A stretch of 64,000 nucleotides of DNA from the human T2T-CHM13v2.0 reference genome, Homo sapiens, in assembly GCF_009914755.1 (NCBI RefSeq), contig NC_060943.1; one strand, given 5' to 3'. A program made the translations under genes and the position numbers. Below the pieces are notes generated by a model that worked only from the letters and a program-made list of their open reading frames with translations, had not been told where the DNA came from and did not search any database. Shown piece by piece: positions 1 through 64,000 of the stretch (the stretch's first letter is position 1; each line of letters begins with the position of its first letter).

Positions 1-399
1 TACGATCATGGCTCACTACAGCCTTCACCGCCCCCGACCCGAGCTCAAGAAATCCTCCTGCCTCAGCCTCTTGAGTAGTGGGACTATGGATGCACACCAC
101 TGCACCCGGCTAATTTTTGTATTTTTTGTACAGATGGGGTCTCACTCTGTTGCCCAGACTGGTCTCGAACTCCTGGGCTCAAGTGATCTTCTGCCTTGGC
201 CTCCGCAAGTGCTGGAATTACAGGCATGAGCCACTCTGCCCCACCCAAAGACTACGCTCTTGACTCTGTGCTGCAAGATTCCAATATCCAGGGATTTTAA
301 AACCTCTGTAGCCAAGACCATCGCAAAGCATCCAGGCCTAAAAAAATAACTACAATCATAACGATTTACAGCATGTAGAGAGATCTATATGCCAAGTGC

Positions 400-560
400 T
401 TTAGCCACATGATCTCGTTACACACTCAATGAAGTGGACTTTATTATCCCCATTTTCCAGATGAGGAAACTGAAGATCAGAGAAGGAAATGATTTGCCCA
501 AGGTCACATGGCAAATCTGGCCAGAGCAGAACTTGAACTCGGGTCTGCCTGATTTCAGAG
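400..560 (-). mobile_element. MIR SINE (others near 15550-15960, 17400-17490, 35620-35800, 38950-39100, 57650-57960)
   Basis: TTATCCCCATTTTCCAGATGAGGAAACTGA...TTGCCCAAGGTCACA core. Confidence 0.75.
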
Positions 561-652
561 TCCTAATCTCTGTCCTCATGGTGTGTCCATTCTAGAGGGG
601 GCAGAAAGACAGTTAAATACACTAATAAATGGACAAGATATTTAGAGAATCA

Positions 653-1880
<1,228 letters not shown>

Positions 1881-2051
1881 AGCAAAAGTGCTGCGTAGGG
1901 TTCCATTTTACACCGGCAGAAACTGGAGAAACTTTCTGAGGTCACACAGTGGCTGGGTGGCTTGGGCCTGGATTCTACCCTGGGTCGGCGGGCCCTCCGC
2001 GCCCAAGAGGAGTCCCTGTCCTCCTCAAGTCACTCTCTTTCCCCTGGGCAG

Positions 2052-58185
<56,134 letters not shown>

Positions 58186-59042
58186 CTTCCCACCCCCAGG
58201 ACCTGACACATCTCGTCTCCCCTCTTTTCCGCACTGTGGGCACAAAGACACTTTTTCTTCCGCAGGGGCGGGAGCCCCTAGTTCCAACACTGAGGACGCG
58301 TGACATGGTGGGCACCGGAAAGGAGGGGACTTCTCCTGCACCCCAAGAAGTGGTGGGGAGATTGCTGCCCCTATAGCCATATCTCGGCCCCTTCCCACTC
58401 ACCACCCCCACCCCAGGTGCTGGGGGTCCCTTATTTTTATGCAATAACTGAGCTTGATGGGGGTGGGCAGGGGGCCAGTTGAGCCAAGCCCCCAGCCCCG
58501 ATCTGCAGATCCTGCCCCAAGAAGCTGGGGTGGTGGGGGCAGTAATTCCTGCCCCCCTCTCTGCCCTAGGGATGGGCACGGGGGCGCTGGTGAGGTCCCC
58601 TGGACCATCCAGGGTGCTAGGGGGCAGGGAGGGGACACCCCCTCCCCGCCTTTACCTCACTTCCAATGCTGCCTTGATCTCTGTCTGGGAGGGGGGAGTG
58701 AAGGGGCCCTAGCCCCCTGCACTCCGCCGCCTCAGAGCCATGCGGTTAATTCCTGACTTAGTTTATTTTTGCAAAACGTCGATCTCCTCCTCCCCCGCCC
58801 CGCATCCGCGAAGGCTTTTAATGGGAGGGGCGTCAAAGCTCAAAACTGTTTTCCTCTCTCCTCCCCCCTCCAGTTGTAAATGCCACTTCATGAGGGGAGG
58901 GGCGAGGGGAAGCCCACCCCTGCATGCTTCTGGCTGGAGCACCTCCCTGGGGAGTCGGGGGATTGGGTTGTGGGCAGTCCCCATGGCCGCCTGGAGAAGC
59001 CGCTGGGGCCCGGGGGTGTGGGGCGGTGTGGCGGGCGCACAC

Positions 59043-59110
59043 TGTATGTACCTATAATAAACCCTTTGGCTTTGACGGTCTATGGTCCTTTGTTTGGGTT
59101 TTCTGGGCTG
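59043..59110 (+). terminator. SPTBN4: SPTBN4 polyadenylation signal
   Basis: Tandem TGTA (59043, 59047), AATAAA 59056-59061, downstream G/T-rich tract ggtcctttgtttgggttttctggg. Confidence 0.85.
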
Positions 59111-59329
59111 CGCCCGGGAGGATTGAAAGGAGGGCTGTGGTGGCTGTAGGGGTGGGTGCGGGGTGGGGAGAGGGGCACGGGGGTACCGTGGCTGCGGAGA
59201 ACATCCAGATGTACCCTTTTATGTGGACTTAATTTCGGGGTCTAAACACACGCCCTTGACGAGAACCTAGAGGGATGGAGAATATTTCGTTATGCTTCGT
59301 AATAAACTTCCCCAAAGGAGACTCCGGGT

Positions 59330-59514
59330 CCGCCCCGTCAAGTTCAGGAAAGGCGGACCCCTTTAAGGAGGCGGAAAAGTTAACCGCGATGGGCAGGCGC
59401 TCTGTCCAATCGCTAGTGACTCCTGGAGTCTCTGGCCCAATGAGCAGCCTATGGAGGCGGGGTCCGGGTGCACACCCGGAAGTGGGTGCGGGCCAGCCGG
59501 CTCGCCCGGGGGCC
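59330..59514 (+). promoter_or_regulatory. SHKBP1: SHKBP1 promoter / 5'UTR (TATA-less CpG promoter)
   Basis: CCAAT at 59406 and 59437 (31 nt apart), GC box GAGGCGGGG near 59455, ETS CCGGAAGT 59476-59483, Kozak GCCATGG at 59515. Confidence 0.8.
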
Positions 59515-63550
<4,036 letters not shown>

Positions 63551-64000
63551 GTATGACCCCAAGCCTTTTCCAGAACCCTCTGTCCTTTAAATTCTACTGC
63601 CTGTTAAAATGACCCACCCCATAAAATCCTCAAACCCATAAGAATTCTCTGCTCTATTAGATCTGTTTGTGTCATTAGAATGCTCCAGCCCTTCAGAATT
63701 CTGTATCCTGTTAGAATTCCCTGGCTTCCTAGAAAAATCCACCCACATACAATTCTCCCTCCATCAGAATTCCCTGCCCTGTTAGATCTCTTGGTTTTGT
63801 TAGAATGCGCTATTCTGTGTGGCCATGAGAAATGTCTGACTTGGCCCGGTGCGGTGGCTCATGCTTGTAATCCCAGCACTTTGGGAGGCTGAGGCGGGCA
63901 GATCACTTGAGGTCAGGAGTTCGAGACCCCCTTGGCCAACAGGGTGAAACCCAGTCTTTATTTCAAAAATACAAAAAAATTAGCTGAGTGTGGTGGCACG

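Noticed and set aside
63570-63812. CRISPR-like reading of the repeat-spacer arrays
   Set aside because: Cores are 7-10 nt and degenerate, spacers ~10 nt, no cas genes, eukaryotic intron.

Overview
Human (primate) genomic DNA, GC-rich and very Alu-dense. It holds the 3' ~60% of SPTBN4 (beta-IV spectrin, + strand): 21 GT-AG coding exons from 2052 to the stop at 58185, encoding spectrin repeats, the ERQES/specific domain and the PH domain, with a poly(A) signal at 59056. About 400 bp downstream lie the promoter and first 9 coding exons of SHKBP1 (BTB/KCTD-type domain then WD40-like region, + strand), which continues past the window. All exon phases join into open frames. Exon numbers are nominal, counted back from a recalled 36-exon model; isoform names (sigma2-6) and the 2564-aa full length are recalled, not looked up. 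The most interesting signals are isoform-generating devices in SPTBN4 introns: an 86-nt cassette exon that both stops the N-terminal ORF and starts a C-terminal ORF in another frame; an internal CpG-island promoter with a near-perfect REST/RE1 site; intron read-through giving a 678-aa form; and a sense-Alu-derived terminal exon whose (AAAT)n tail supplies the poly(A) signal. Also seen are fixed-period decayed arrays starting just 3' of exons, a 446-nt AG-exclusion zone, a ZNF143-motif cluster in a SHKBP1 intron, and several templated-insertion scars. There is no CRISPR array, RNA gene or prokaryotic-type system.
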